64,000 nt of DNA, from contig JBBQZK010000001.1 of assembly GCA_038207785.1 (NCBI GenBank), forward strand, positions 9,405 to 73,404. The letters run 5' to 3'. Below are positions 8,774 to 18,498 of the stretch, in pieces. Position numbers and translations under genes: made by a program. Positions within the stretch are counted from its first letter, which is position 1. Each line of letters opens with the position of its first letter. The notes under the pieces are model-generated. The model was not told the origin of the DNA. It ran no database searches and saw nothing but the letters and a program-made list of their open reading frames with translations. Source of the DNA: Candidatus Limnocylindria bacterium. Lineage in GTDB: Bacteria; Chloroflexota; Limnocylindria; P2-11E.

Positions 8774-10480
8774 CTAGACGGCCTCCCACTGTGCCGCGGT
8801 GGTCCAAAGCTGCGGGCTGACCTTGATCGGCGGGATCTTGACGGTGTTCCGAACGACGAGCAGGTCCTGGATCCGCCAGAGGTGGATGAATGGCACGTCC
8901 CCCTCGACGATGCTCTGGATCTCTCCGTAGATGCGTTTGATGTCCTTCTCCTCGGTCGCCTTCGTGCCCTGGACGAACAGGTCGTCGACCTTGGGGTTGG
9001 CGTACCCGACGGTGTCCGGGCTGGGAGGCGGGGTGTGGAGGAAGTTCGCCTGGAGGTCGATACGGGGATCGATCGTGAAGTTGCCCCAGCCTTGGAAGAA
9101 CCCTTCGTAGCCCCCGACCACGCCCTTGGAGATGATGGTGCCGAAGTCGAGCTGCTGGATCTGGAACGGGATGCCCATGGTCTTGAAATACGGCTGCAGC
9201 GCGGCCGCCCAAGGGGCAGTGCGCGGTGAGCACATGTAGGTCCACTCGAAGCGCTTGCCATTCTTCACCCGGACCCCGTCGGCGCCCATGGTCCACCCTG
9301 CCGCGTCGAGCAGCTGTTTGGCCTTGGCCGGGTCGTACTCATATTTGGGGGCCTGGGGGTTGTAGATGTAGGACAGCGGCGACACGAGCGAATAATTCGG
9401 TTCGGCCGTCCCGGCGAAGAGGGCGTCGGTGATCGCCTTCCGATCGGGGGTATGGGCCATCGCCTCACGGACATTGCGGTCGGAGAACAGGACATTGGTG
9501 GGGTCGAGCTGCATGTACCAAGCCGTGGTGCCCGGCGACCGCTGCGTCGTGTAGTTCGTCTTGTCCTTGTCGAACTCTCCGAACTGATCGGCGAGGACGG
9601 ACGCGACCTGCACGCTGCCCGCGCGGAGCTCGGCGATGCCCGTCGCCGCATCGGGGATGCCGCGGGAGATGATCGTGTCGAGCCGGGGACGCCCCGCGAA
9701 GTGGTCCTTGAACGCGGTGAGCACGACCCCCTCGCCGTTCTTCCAGTCGCTGACCATGAACGGTCCGGTCAGGATCGGCTTGCGCGCGAATGCCGACTTG
9801 GGATGGTCGGCGACGGGGATCGTCGAAAGGATGTGCTTGGGCACCATGATCGAGCTCGCGACGGTGACGAGGAAGATCGCCGACAGATTCTTCAGCTTGA
9901 AGACCACGGTGTCGTCCCCGCTGGTGGTGATCCCTGCGATCGTCGTCGCCTTCTTGTCCTTGAAGTCCTGCGCTCCGACGATGTTGGCGAGATTGGATGG
10001 CAGGCCGCCGGGCCGATCCGGATGGGACAGCGTCTCGTACGTGTACTTGATGTCCTCGAGCGTGAACGGATTGCCGTCGTGCCACTTGACGCCCTTACGG
10101 ACCTTGAACGTATAGGTCGTTCCGTCCGCGGACACCGTCCACGACTCGGCCAGGTCCGGCGTTGGGCTCATTTCCGGGAGCTGGACCCTGACCAGGCGAT
10201 TCGCCGTGGCGAAGAAGATGTTCCCCGCGTAAGCGTTCCCATTGCCGTAGGGCAAGAGCGTGTTCGGCTCCTGCCCCTGGTTGATGATGAGCGTGCCGCC
10301 GATCTTGGGCGCCTTCGTTCCGCCGGCCCCGGGCGCCGCGCTGCCGCTGGTGGTCGGTCCGGTCGTCGCCGGCTGGCAGGCGGCCAGCGCCGCGAGCGCC
10401 GCTGCGCTCAAGCCGGTCGCCGCGATGAGCTCTCTGCGCGTGAGGACCGTCTGCCCTGAAGGACCCTTCGCTCGCCTCAT
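8774..10480 (-). CDS. ABC transporter substrate-binding protein, family 5 (peptide/nickel), Tat/lipoprotein signal
   Basis: It has an RR motif and an ...AALAALAAC lipobox. It is 568 aa, and its start has a GGAGG RBS. Confidence 0.85.
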   Translation of the reverse strand: MRRAKGPSGQTVLTRRELIAATGLSAAALAALAACQPATTGPTTSGSAAPGAGGTKAPKIGGTLIINQGQEPNTLLPYGNGNAYAGNIFFATANRLVRVQLPEMSPTPDLAESWTVSADGTTYTFKVRKGVKWHDGNPFTLEDIKYTYETLSHPDRPGGLPSNLANIVGAQDFKDKKATTIAGITTSGDDTVVFKLKNLSAIFLVTVASSIMVPKHILSTIPVADHPKSAFARKPILTGPFMVSDWKNGEGVVLTAFKDHFAGRPRLDTIISRGIPDAATGIAELRAGSVQVASVLADQFGEFDKDKTNYTTQRSPGTTAWYMQLDPTNVLFSDRNVREAMAHTPDRKAITDALFAGTAEPNYSLVSPLSYIYNPQAPKYEYDPAKAKQLLDAAGWTMGADGVRVKNGKRFEWTYMCSPRTAPWAAALQPYFKTMGIPFQIQQLDFGTIISKGVVGGYEGFFQGWGNFTIDPRIDLQANFLHTPPPSPDTVGYANPKVDDLFVQGTKATEEKDIKRIYGEIQSIVEGDVPFIHLWRIQDLLVVRNTVKIPPIKVSPQLWTTAAQWEAV

Positions 10481-10525
10481 TCCACCGCCTCCTTCGCGTT
10501 CCTGACCGCTCGCCTCCCCATGTTT

Positions 10526-10539
10526 ATGTCACGTGACAT
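10526..10539. promoter_or_regulatory. operator palindrome ATGTCACGTGACAT upstream of the substrate-binding-protein-dppBC-GntR operon
   Basis: It is a perfect 14-bp palindrome lying about 45 nt upstream of the substrate-binding-protein ATG. It is part of the repeated promoter-operator cassette. Confidence 0.7.
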
Positions 10540-10557
10540 TCCAGACCGGGCCACCCG

Positions 10558-10586
10558 ATGATGCGTCGCCGCCGATGCGCGGTCAA
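10558..10586 (-). promoter_or_regulatory. putative promoter: TTGACC (-35) - 17 nt - CATCAT (-10-like), directly upstream of the operator
   Basis: The same -35/17-nt/-10 arrangement recurs at 12119-12147, 16280-16308 and 24872-24900. Confidence 0.45.
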
Positions 10587-10597
10587 TGACCGCCGGC

Positions 10598-12061
10598 CTA
10601 CGGATACGGATTGACCGAAAGGGTGTTGAAGTTGCGGAGGAACGCCGGGATCGGCGCATCCGTGAAGGCCGGGGCGACCGCGCTGGCGTCCGGCCCGCCG
10701 ATGAGCTTGCCGTATGGGTTGCTGAGCCCAGCGGCAGCGGTGTTGAGATCGGCGGCCTTCGTGCTCGGCCAGCTGCCGTGGTCGATCCGGCCCAGCAGCA
10801 CCTGGATCGCGGCGATCTGCTCGGCGGCGGTGAACTGGCAGTGACCCGAGCGGTGCACGAGCAGCTGTCGGAGCTGGCTCGAGGTGCCGGCGTCCAGGAA
10901 CGCCTGCGCGTAGCCCTGGTCCTGGTTCGGGTATCCATAGGGGTCGGCCTGGGTGTGCATCGTCATGACGACCGCGCGCCCGATGTTGCCGCTGAAGATC
11001 GGATCGAGGTCCTCGACCTTCGTCACCGTGCCGGGATCCGCGCCGATGCGCGGCGCGCGCGCGAGCGTGCGGAGATCGGCGGCGAGGTTGAGTCCCGCGG
11101 CGGCATACATCGCCCGAACGATGTCGGCCGATGCCGAGCGCGCGAGCTGCGCCCCGTAGTCGACGCCGGTGTTCCAGGAGAAGTTCCCTCCGGTCACCGA
11201 GCCGTCGACGCTGTTCCAGGTGCCGACGCGGATCTCATAGTCGGCCCGGCCGTCGTCGTGATACATCCCATTGAATCGGCTGTTGAGGTACTGGTTGTAC
11301 TGCCGTGTCGCGTAATCGGTCGCGGCCGGCTGGGTCGCTCGCGCGTCGTCGATCCAATCCGGCGTATCGACCATCGCCTCGGCCAGCGCGAGGCGGGCGC
11401 GGCCTGCGGCCGTCTGCTGCGCGGCGTCGACCGTGGCGATGTAGGCGTTGTAGTAGCGGGTCAGCTGTCCGCCGTACTTGCCGATGTTCACCAGCGGCTG
11501 ATCGAATCCGAGGAGCTGCTGCATCACGAAGGCGTGGTCGAGGCGCTCGTTCGCGCGTCCGATGCTGCCGGCGATGTAGGTGCATTCCGCGAGCCCGCCG
11601 GCGAATCGCCCGGGATAGAACTGGAGCAGGTGCGCGGTCACCGCCCCACCGGCGGAGAGACCCCAGGCGATCGTCCGCGCCGGGTGACCGACGAGCCGCT
11701 CGAACGTGTCGAGCACGAGGGCCTGAGATGGATACATCTGCTTCGGCTCGTAGCAGAAGTCGCTGCAGGCGTACGAGCCCCCGGCGATCGCGAAGCCCTG
11801 GCCCAGCAGCCATTGGCGCGTCCACTGGTCGGAGCTGACCTGCGCGAGATTCGGGTCGCCCTGGATCCCGTGGCTGTAGAGGAAGAGCGTGCCGTTGTAG
11901 CTCCCCGGGACCTCGATGCGGTAGGTCGCGCCGTCGCTCATCGTTCCGACGTACACCGTCGGAGTGCTCGTCGCCGATGCCGACGTCCCGGTCAGGCCGA
12001 TCGCGACGACGAGTGCCACGCCGACGAGCCAGGCCGGCCAGCTGCTGCGCCCTGTCATCAT
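10598..12061 (-). CDS. secreted alpha/beta-fold hydrolase (esterase/depolymerase-like), signal peptide
   Basis: It starts MMTGRSSWPAWLVGVALVVAIGLTGTSASA and has a GGAGG RBS. It has a G-x-S-x-G nucleophile elbow, GLSAGG. The ORF-track start at 12691 is an over-extension. Confidence 0.5.
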   Translation of the reverse strand: MMTGRSSWPAWLVGVALVVAIGLTGTSASATSTPTVYVGTMSDGATYRIEVPGSYNGTLFLYSHGIQGDPNLAQVSSDQWTRQWLLGQGFAIAGGSYACSDFCYEPKQMYPSQALVLDTFERLVGHPARTIAWGLSAGGAVTAHLLQFYPGRFAGGLAECTYIAGSIGRANERLDHAFVMQQLLGFDQPLVNIGKYGGQLTRYYNAYIATVDAAQQTAAGRARLALAEAMVDTPDWIDDARATQPAATDYATRQYNQYLNSRFNGMYHDDGRADYEIRVGTWNSVDGSVTGGNFSWNTGVDYGAQLARSASADIVRAMYAAAGLNLAADLRTLARAPRIGADPGTVTKVEDLDPIFSGNIGRAVVMTMHTQADPYGYPNQDQGYAQAFLDAGTSSQLRQLLVHRSGHCQFTAAEQIAAIQVLLGRIDHGSWPSTKAADLNTAAAGLSNPYGKLIGGPDASAVAPAFTDAPIPAFLRNFNTLSVNPYP

Positions 12062-12080
12062 CGGACCTCCCCACGCTCGG

Positions 12081-12094
12081 ATGTCACGTGACAT
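12081..12094. promoter_or_regulatory. operator palindrome ATGTCACGTGACAT upstream of the secreted hydrolase gene
   Basis: It is a perfect 14-bp palindrome 20 nt upstream of the ATG. A TTGACC-N17-CATCAT promoter lies at 12119-12147. Confidence 0.7.
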
Positions 12095-12143
12095 GCAACG
12101 TGCACCCGGCCTTGCGCGATGATGGGCTTCCTGGGCCCTCGGG

Positions 12144-13493
12144 TCAATGACCGGGCCCGGAGGCCGCGGGCGCATCCGATCGTGCCGCGGCGAACAGCGC
12201 CGCGCGATCGACCGGCGTCCCGCGCTTGAACACCATCGCGATGCCGGTGGTCGCGGCGATCGTCCGCGTCGGGTCGCCGACGACCAGAACGAGGTCCGCT
12301 CGCTTCCCCGGCGCAACGACGCCGATATCGCTCGCCCCGAGCGTCTCTGCAGGCACGCTCGTCGCCGCCCGGAGCGCGGCGGCGGGTGAAAGGCCGGACC
12401 GCACGAGAAGCTCGAGCTCGCGATGGAATGAACTGCCCGGCAGGATGTAGGCGAACGGCGCATCGGTCGCGGCATGCAGGCGCACGCCCGCTTCGAACAT
12501 CGCGCCGGTGAACCGCATGACCTTCTCGAGCGCCCGCGCCGCCTGCGAGTAATCGGCCGCCGACCAGCCCTCGACGAACCGGTCACGCGTCTCACGCCAC
12601 CCGGAGCGCGCGACCGCGGCGTACTCGGCCATCGCCGGGTCCGCGTCGAGCGCCTCGATGCCGCGCCGGCCCCGTTCCACCGTGCGATCAAGGGTGATGA
12701 GCGTGGGGTTCACGTAGATCCCCTGCTCGGCCAGCCGCGCCGCGATGCGCTTGGTCCGGTCGGCTCCGAGGTCGACGGCCGCCCAGCCGCGGACGAAGTT
12801 GGCCCAGAACGCGCCGAGCCCGCGGCGGCGGCGATCCTCCGCCGGCCAGATGAGCTCCTCGGGCACGACCTCGGTGTAGAGGGACTGGGCGGTGTGCTCG
12901 AGACCGGCGACGCCGCAGTCGATGGCCTCGCCGGCGCGCACCTGTCCGAGATGGGCGCTCGTGCTCAGGCCGTGCTCGCGGGCTCGCCGGACGAACGTCC
13001 GCATGGCGGCGGCAGGCAACATCATGTACGCCTTACACGCGTCGACCCGCTTCTCGTCCAGCAAGTCGGCCGCGCGCACGGCATCCTCGTCATTCGCGAG
13101 GGCAAGGGAATGATCGGGCCAGAACGGCTCGGCGCCGTCGATCAGCGGACCGCAGCAATAGATGCGCGGGCCGCCGTCGCCACCGGAGCGCTCCGCGGCT
13201 CGCCACGGCAGGATGCGTTCGAAGGAGTTCCCGACGTCCTTGACCGTGGTGATGCCATAGGCGAGCCACAGGGGGAGCGCCTGCGGCTGCACGTGCGTGT
13301 GCATGTCGATGAACCCTGGCAGCACGGTGTGGCCACGCCCCGCGATGGTCCGGGCGCCCGCCGGCACTGCCGTGCGTTCGCGCGGCCCGCAGGCGACGAT
13401 CAGCTCGCGCTCGAGCACGACAGTGGCGTCCTCGATCACCGGGGCGCCGGTCCCATCGAACAGCCGCGCGCCGACGATCGCGATGGGCGCCAC
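12144..13493 (-). CDS. amidohydrolase-superfamily metal-dependent hydrolase
   Basis: It has ...LPGFIDMHTHV... with HxH metal ligands and a C-terminal ...GTDAP.../...GKRADLVLV... region. The GTG start at 13493 follows the M20 stop; the ORF-track start would overlap 104 nt. Confidence 0.7.
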   Translation of the reverse strand: MAPIAIVGARLFDGTGAPVIEDATVVLERELIVACGPRERTAVPAGARTIAGRGHTVLPGFIDMHTHVQPQALPLWLAYGITTVKDVGNSFERILPWRAAERSGGDGGPRIYCCGPLIDGAEPFWPDHSLALANDEDAVRAADLLDEKRVDACKAYMMLPAAAMRTFVRRAREHGLSTSAHLGQVRAGEAIDCGVAGLEHTAQSLYTEVVPEELIWPAEDRRRRGLGAFWANFVRGWAAVDLGADRTKRIAARLAEQGIYVNPTLITLDRTVERGRRGIEALDADPAMAEYAAVARSGWRETRDRFVEGWSAADYSQAARALEKVMRFTGAMFEAGVRLHAATDAPFAYILPGSSFHRELELLVRSGLSPAAALRAATSVPAETLGASDIGVVAPGKRADLVLVVGDPTRTIAATTGIAMVFKRGTPVDRAALFAAARSDAPAASGPGH

Positions 13494-13497
13494 GGGC

Positions 13498-14853
13498 TCA
13501 GCCGGCGTCGGCGAACTCGCTGACGAAACGGGCCGTCGCCCGGGCGATCGGCTGAACGAGGTCCAGCCGGAGGTTCTCGTTCGGCGCGTGCAGGCGCGCA
13601 TCGGGATGCGTCATCCCGAGCGCGACGAACGGGACCTTGTGCGGATCGCAGATCGGATGCATCGGCGCCGTGCCGGGGCCGGAGATCAATCGAAGCCCTG
13701 GCGCGCCGTAGACCGCCTCGGTCGCCCGCTCCGCCGCGCGCACGAGCGGGTCATCGATCGGCGTCCAGTACGGCCGCTCCGCGGAATGCAGGGTCAGCTC
13801 GACATCGGCGAAGCCACGGCGCGCGAGGTGCTGCCGCAGCTGCTCGAACACCCTGAGTGGATCCTGGTCGGGCACGAGCCGCAGATCGAGGCGGGCCCTG
13901 GCCACCGCGGGAAGGATGGTCTTCGTTCCCGGCCCCATCCACCCTGCGGCGAGGCCGGTGATGTTGCAGGTGGGACTGAAGATCTGGGCCACCTTCGCGG
14001 CCTGTCCCGTCCGCCCCGCGACGAAGGCGGTCGCGCCATGCAGCGCGGCGAAGGCGCGCTCGTCGAACGGCAGCGTATCCAGATGCGCGAGCTGCCGTGC
14101 GGACGGCGGCAGAGCGTCGTCGAGGAATCCGTCGATGATGACCGAGCCATCCGGCGCGACCAGCGTGGCCAGCGCGGATGCCAGACGCGCCCCGGCGTTC
14201 GGCAGCAGCGAGGCATACATCGAGTGGGCGTCCTGGGCCAGCGTGCGGACCTCTAGCTCGAGATACAACATGCCGCGGACCCCGCAGCTCAAGAGCGGCC
14301 GATCGGCCGCGTCGACCTGACCGCCCTCGTTCAGCGCGCCGTCGGCGACGCCGAGCTCGGGACGCTTCGCGAGGAGGGCGCTCAAGTGCGGGCTGCCGGT
14401 CTCTTCCTCACCCTCGACCAGGAAGCGCACCCGGCAGGGCAGCTCGCCGAACGCCTCGCGGTACGCCTCGAGGACGTGGATGCGGGTCACCAGGTGCCCC
14501 TTGTTGTCGACGACGCCGCGCGCGAACAGCCGGCCATCACGCACCGCGGGGCTGAACGGCGGCGTCACCCATTCGGTCAGCGGATCGGCCGGCTGCACGT
14601 CGTAATGCTGGATCGCCAGCAGCGTCTTCGGTCCGGGTCCGATCTCCCCCACGACGAGCGCCGGGGCGCCGGGCAGCTCGACGGTCATGACCGCGCAGCC
14701 CGCGGCGCGAAGGCGCTCCGCGACCCACCGCGACGCGGTCGCGAGCGGCTGCGCCTGAGCGGTCTCGGACGGGATCGCGCAGAGCTCCCGGAGGTCCTCG
14801 ACGATGCGCGGCTGACGCTCGGACAGCAGGCGGTCGAAGGGACCGAACTCCAC
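13498..14853 (-). CDS. M20-family metallopeptidase (dipeptidase/ArgE/CPG2-like)
   Basis: It has ...HYDVQPAD...GVVDNKGHLV... and ...FLVEGEEETGS... motifs. It is ATGA-coupled to the upstream amidohydrolase. Confidence 0.8.
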   Translation of the reverse strand: MEFGPFDRLLSERQPRIVEDLRELCAIPSETAQAQPLATASRWVAERLRAAGCAVMTVELPGAPALVVGEIGPGPKTLLAIQHYDVQPADPLTEWVTPPFSPAVRDGRLFARGVVDNKGHLVTRIHVLEAYREAFGELPCRVRFLVEGEEETGSPHLSALLAKRPELGVADGALNEGGQVDAADRPLLSCGVRGMLYLELEVRTLAQDAHSMYASLLPNAGARLASALATLVAPDGSVIIDGFLDDALPPSARQLAHLDTLPFDERAFAALHGATAFVAGRTGQAAKVAQIFSPTCNITGLAAGWMGPGTKTILPAVARARLDLRLVPDQDPLRVFEQLRQHLARRGFADVELTLHSAERPYWTPIDDPLVRAAERATEAVYGAPGLRLISGPGTAPMHPICDPHKVPFVALGMTHPDARLHAPNENLRLDLVQPIARATARFVSEFADAG

Positions 14854-16235
14854 TAGCCCGCCTTCGCCGGCGCGCCGCCCGGTACGGCGGGCTGATCGTT
14901 CCTCGCGAGCGCATCCGCCGCCGCGAGCAGATCGGCGCGGTGGTGCAGCCGCCCGCCGAGCATGACCTGCTCGATGTCGTTGAGCGCCCGGATGTCGCGC
15001 GCCACGTCGCCGCGCGCGATGACCAGGTCGGCCCGCGCGCCCGCCCGGATGGTGCCCTCATCGGGAGCGCGGAACGCGGCCGCGGCCTGCCCGGTGGAGG
15101 CGTGGATGGCCTCGACCGGCGAGAGGCCGGCTTCGACCAGGTACTCGATCTCGCGGATGAGGCTCGCGCCGGGCGCGACCAGGCCGTCGACGGTGTCGGT
15201 CCCGGTGAGGATGCGGATCCCGGCTCGGTGCGCGAGACCGGTGAAGGCGGTCATGCCGGCCACCGAATCCTGCAGCTCGGTGATCTCGTCGTCGGTCAGC
15301 GGGTCGATGTACGGCGAGCCGGCGGTCTGCACGATCGCTTGGATCGCGGGGCTCAGGTGATCGATGCGCGGCCCGTCGCTGCGCGTCCGCTCGCCGACGT
15401 TGGACACCACGTTCTGGACCACGATCGTCGGATCGAGGAAGATCCGATCGCGGTGCGCCTGCCAGCTCTCGAGGGTCCGGGTCACCGCGCGCGAGTCCGG
15501 GTCGAACCGCGCCCAGTGCGCGGTGCGCCGCATCACGCGGAGGTCGAGCGGGAACCGGCCGACATAGGCCGGGTCGTCGTGCACCTCGCCGGGATGGGCC
15601 CGGACGTGCTCGAGGATCGTGAGGCCCTGGGAGATCGCCTCGACGCTCGTCATCGAGAGCGGCACGTGGCCGGTCAGCAGGATGTCGTGCTCCCGCGCGA
15701 ATGCGGTGATCTGGCGCATCGCGCCCGAGGAGACCCAGTTGTGGATCTTGAGGAACTCGACCCCGAAGGCGAGGTTGTTCTCGAGCAGCAGCTGGGTGTC
15801 GCGGCCCTCCCGCAGGAACCGCAGCTCGTTCTCCGCGCCGTTCAGGGTGACGCCGCTGATCCGCAGCCGGGGATTGACCTCATCCAGGTCGAGCCAGCGA
15901 CGGACGGCCGCGAGCTTGCCCAATGGCCCGCCCGCGTCCTTCAACCTGGTGACGCCATGGGCCAGCAGCAGCTTGAGCACCCATTTCGAGCGCGCGAGGG
16001 TGCCGTGGCCGATGTGGACGTGCATGTCCGACAGCCCCGGCAGCACGCTGTGCCCGGAGGTGTCGATGGCGGTCGCCGAAGACACTTCCGGAGGCGATCC
16101 CTGACCGACCGCGGCGATGCGTCCGCCGCGCACGTGGATCCAGGATCGCTCGAGCGGCGCGGCGCCGGTCCCGTCGATGAGCAGGCCGCCCGAGAGGATC
16201 AGATCGTTCGCGGTCGGGTCGGCCGTGTCACGCAT
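14853..16235 (-). CDS. amidohydrolase-superfamily protein
   Basis: It has ...VLPGLSDMHVHIGHG... and a C-terminal ...GTDTVDG.../...GARADLVIARGD... region. It is the first gene of the amidohydrolase-M20-amidohydrolase operon. Confidence 0.75.
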   Translation of the reverse strand: MRDTADPTANDLILSGGLLIDGTGAAPLERSWIHVRGGRIAAVGQGSPPEVSSATAIDTSGHSVLPGLSDMHVHIGHGTLARSKWVLKLLLAHGVTRLKDAGGPLGKLAAVRRWLDLDEVNPRLRISGVTLNGAENELRFLREGRDTQLLLENNLAFGVEFLKIHNWVSSGAMRQITAFAREHDILLTGHVPLSMTSVEAISQGLTILEHVRAHPGEVHDDPAYVGRFPLDLRVMRRTAHWARFDPDSRAVTRTLESWQAHRDRIFLDPTIVVQNVVSNVGERTRSDGPRIDHLSPAIQAIVQTAGSPYIDPLTDDEITELQDSVAGMTAFTGLAHRAGIRILTGTDTVDGLVAPGASLIREIEYLVEAGLSPVEAIHASTGQAAAAFRAPDEGTIRAGARADLVIARGDVARDIRALNDIEQVMLGGRLHHRADLLAAADALARNDQPAVPGGAPAKAG

Positions 16236-16253
16236 CGCTGCTCCAAGCCTTGG

Positions 16254-16267
16254 ATGTCACGTAACAT
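16254..16267. promoter_or_regulatory. operator ATGTCACGTAACAT in a divergent intergenic region; a TTGACC-N17-CATCAT cassette at 16280-16308 serves the minus-strand operon
   Basis: It lies 19 nt upstream of the minus-strand ATG at 16235 and 24 nt upstream of the plus-strand ATG at 16291. Confidence 0.7.
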
Positions 16268-16290
16268 GCAGGCGATCGGATGATGCGCGC

Positions 16291-17559
16291 ATGAGCACGG
16301 TCGGTCAAAGCGGGACGCTGCTGATCACGGGGGCGACCGTCTGGGACGGGACCGGCGACGCGGTGCGCGAGGACGTCGCGATGCGGATCGCGGGCTCGCG
16401 CATCGCGGCGATCGGCCGCACCGCGGACTTCGGCGCGCAGCCCGTGTCAGGTGCCGAGATCGACGGCCATGGCCTCTTCCTGATGCCCGGTCTCATCAAC
16501 ATGCACGAGCACCTGATCTTCCGTGGCACAGTCGGGCCACCGGCCGCGGCCCTCGGGCGCGGCGCCCCCGAGCTGACGATCCACGCCGTGCGGGTCGCGG
16601 CTACGGCGCTCGCGCAGGGCATCACGACGGTCCGCGACATGGGCACGAAGTTCGAGATCGCCCTCCGGCTGCGCGACGCGATCGGCGCCGGGCAGATCCT
16701 CGGTCCGCGCATCCTCGCCTGCAACAGCGCGATCCGGGTCACCGGCGGTCACGGCTATCAGGCGGTCCACGCCGATGGGGTCGCCGAGTTCCAGCGCGCG
16801 GCGCGGACGCAGCTCGCGGCAGGCGCCGATTTCATCAAGGTCATGGCGAGCCACGATCCGACGCCGATGCCCGGGCCCGAGCCCACGCGGCCGGAGTGCA
16901 CGGTCGACGAGCTCCGCGCCGCGTTCGAGGTGGCGCACGACTGGGGTCATCACGCCGGGTGCCACGTCATGGGGAGCACCGCGATCTCCCGCGCGCTGGA
17001 CGCCGGCGCCAATGTCATCGAGCACGGTCACTTCCTGACCGAGGACCAGGCCATCCGGATGGCTCGCGATGGGGTCACCTTCACGCCGACCCTCAGCGCG
17101 TACAACGTGCAGACCATGCATCCGCGTTTCAAGCGCGGCGCGGCATGGAAGGCGGCGCACGACGCGCTGCGCTCCGGGCATGCCTCGGCCATGCGCGCCG
17201 CCGTGAGCGCTGGTGTCGCGATGGTCGTGGGAACGGATTCCGTCGGCTGCTACGCCGAAGAGGTCGACCTCCTCCGCAAGGCCGGGGTCGGGACGTTGGA
17301 ATCGCTTCGCGCGTGCACCTCGAACGCCGCCCGCGCGCTCGGCTTGGACCAGGAGATCGGGACGATCAGCGTCGGTCGAATGGCGGACATCATCGCGCTG
17401 CGCGCCGATCCCCGGACCGACCCATACGCCCTCGAGCAGGTGCAGCTCGTGATCCGCGAGGGCCGGGTGCACCGACCGGCGGATCTGGTGTACGCCGAGT
17501 CCGCGCTTCCCGCCGAGGTATCGCTGACGACCCTGGTGCGCTCGCCTAGCAGCGCCTGA
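16291..17559 (+). CDS. amidohydrolase-superfamily protein
   Basis: It starts MSTVGQSGTLLITGATVWDGTG... and has ...MPGLINMHEHL... and ...GTDS.... The ORF-track start at 16117 is an over-extension. Confidence 0.75.
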   Translation: MSTVGQSGTLLITGATVWDGTGDAVREDVAMRIAGSRIAAIGRTADFGAQPVSGAEIDGHGLFLMPGLINMHEHLIFRGTVGPPAAALGRGAPELTIHAVRVAATALAQGITTVRDMGTKFEIALRLRDAIGAGQILGPRILACNSAIRVTGGHGYQAVHADGVAEFQRAARTQLAAGADFIKVMASHDPTPMPGPEPTRPECTVDELRAAFEVAHDWGHHAGCHVMGSTAISRALDAGANVIEHGHFLTEDQAIRMARDGVTFTPTLSAYNVQTMHPRFKRGAAWKAAHDALRSGHASAMRAAVSAGVAMVVGTDSVGCYAEEVDLLRKAGVGTLESLRACTSNAARALGLDQEIGTISVGRMADIIALRADPRTDPYALEQVQLVIREGRVHRPADLVYAESALPAEVSLTTLVRSPSSA

Positions 17560-18496
17560 GCTTCTGGAGGCTGCGGAGCTCGCGCGGTGGATCCAGGTAG
17601 CGGCCGGTCGTGCTCCAGGAGGTCTCGCCGACATAGAGGTCGCCGCGCGAATCCATCGCGAGGCCGTGTGGCGTGATGAAATCGCCGTCGCCTTCGCCGG
17701 CCGGCCCGTTCCCGATCCGGGCCACGCAGTCGCCGGCGGTCGTGTACACGCTGATCCGCGGACCCAGGCCCGGCGCCTCCTTATTAAAGGGGTATGTCGG
17801 GCCCAGCTCCGAGACGTACACATGGTCACGCGGACCGTCGGCTTCGATCCACAGTGCGCAGGCGCGATGCATGTTCACCCATTGATCGAGGACCCGACCG
17901 GAACGGTCGAAGATCTGGACCCGGTGGTTCTCGCGGTCGGCGACATAGAGCCGGCCGTCGCGATCAAGCGCGAGGTTGTGCGGAAGGTTGAACTCGCCCG
18001 GGTCGGTACCCGATCCGCCCCACGATGCGAGCCGGCGACCGTCCTGATCGAAGCGGTGCACCCGGGCGTTCCCGTAGCCGTCGGACACGTAGAGCTCGCC
18101 GGTTCCCGGGTCGACGACGGCATGCGTCGGCCGGTTGAACGGCGCACCGGAGTGGAACGCAGCCGGGGCGTTCGGCGTGCCGATCTCCCGCTCGACCTTC
18201 CCTTCCACGCTGCACCGACGAACGGTGTGGTCGCCCTCGTCGACGAGCCAGAGGGACCCGTCGGCCGCGGACGACGCGCCATGCGGGGCGCTGAAGATCC
18301 CCTCGCCCCACGACGAGAGAAAGGAGCCGTCGCGGTCGAACACCATGATCGGGTGGTCGCCGCGGGTGAAGAGGAACACCCGGTCCTCGCGATCGACCGC
18401 CACGGCGGCGACCTCCTTGAGACCCATCCCGGCCGGCAGGCGTGGCCAGTCGGGCACCGTCTCGAAGCGGAACGCGCCGGCCCCGAGGACCGCCAT
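17546..18496 (-). CDS. NHL-repeat beta-propeller protein
   Basis: It has repeated ...LYVSDGYGNARVHRFD... and ...LYVADRENHRVQIFD... blades. The ATG is at 18496; the ORF-track N-terminal extension is Arg/Gly junk. Confidence 0.6.
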   Translation of the reverse strand: MAVLGAGAFRFETVPDWPRLPAGMGLKEVAAVAVDREDRVFLFTRGDHPIMVFDRDGSFLSSWGEGIFSAPHGASSAADGSLWLVDEGDHTVRRCSVEGKVEREIGTPNAPAAFHSGAPFNRPTHAVVDPGTGELYVSDGYGNARVHRFDQDGRRLASWGGSGTDPGEFNLPHNLALDRDGRLYVADRENHRVQIFDRSGRVLDQWVNMHRACALWIEADGPRDHVYVSELGPTYPFNKEAPGLGPRISVYTTAGDCVARIGNGPAGEGDGDFITPHGLAMDSRGDLYVGETSWSTTGRYLDPPRELRSLQKLRRC

Positions 18497-18498
18497 CG

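Noticed and set aside
12119-12389. Small MM-initiated peptides reading through GATGATG...GGTCAATGACC (MMRRRRCAVNDRRPTDTD at 10558; MMGFLGPRVNDR... at 12119), and the antisense ORF 12147-12389
   Set aside because: The similarity arises from the conserved promoter DNA (CATCAT and TTGACC on the other strand). The peptides are not otherwise conserved, and the ORFs are antisense to real genes.
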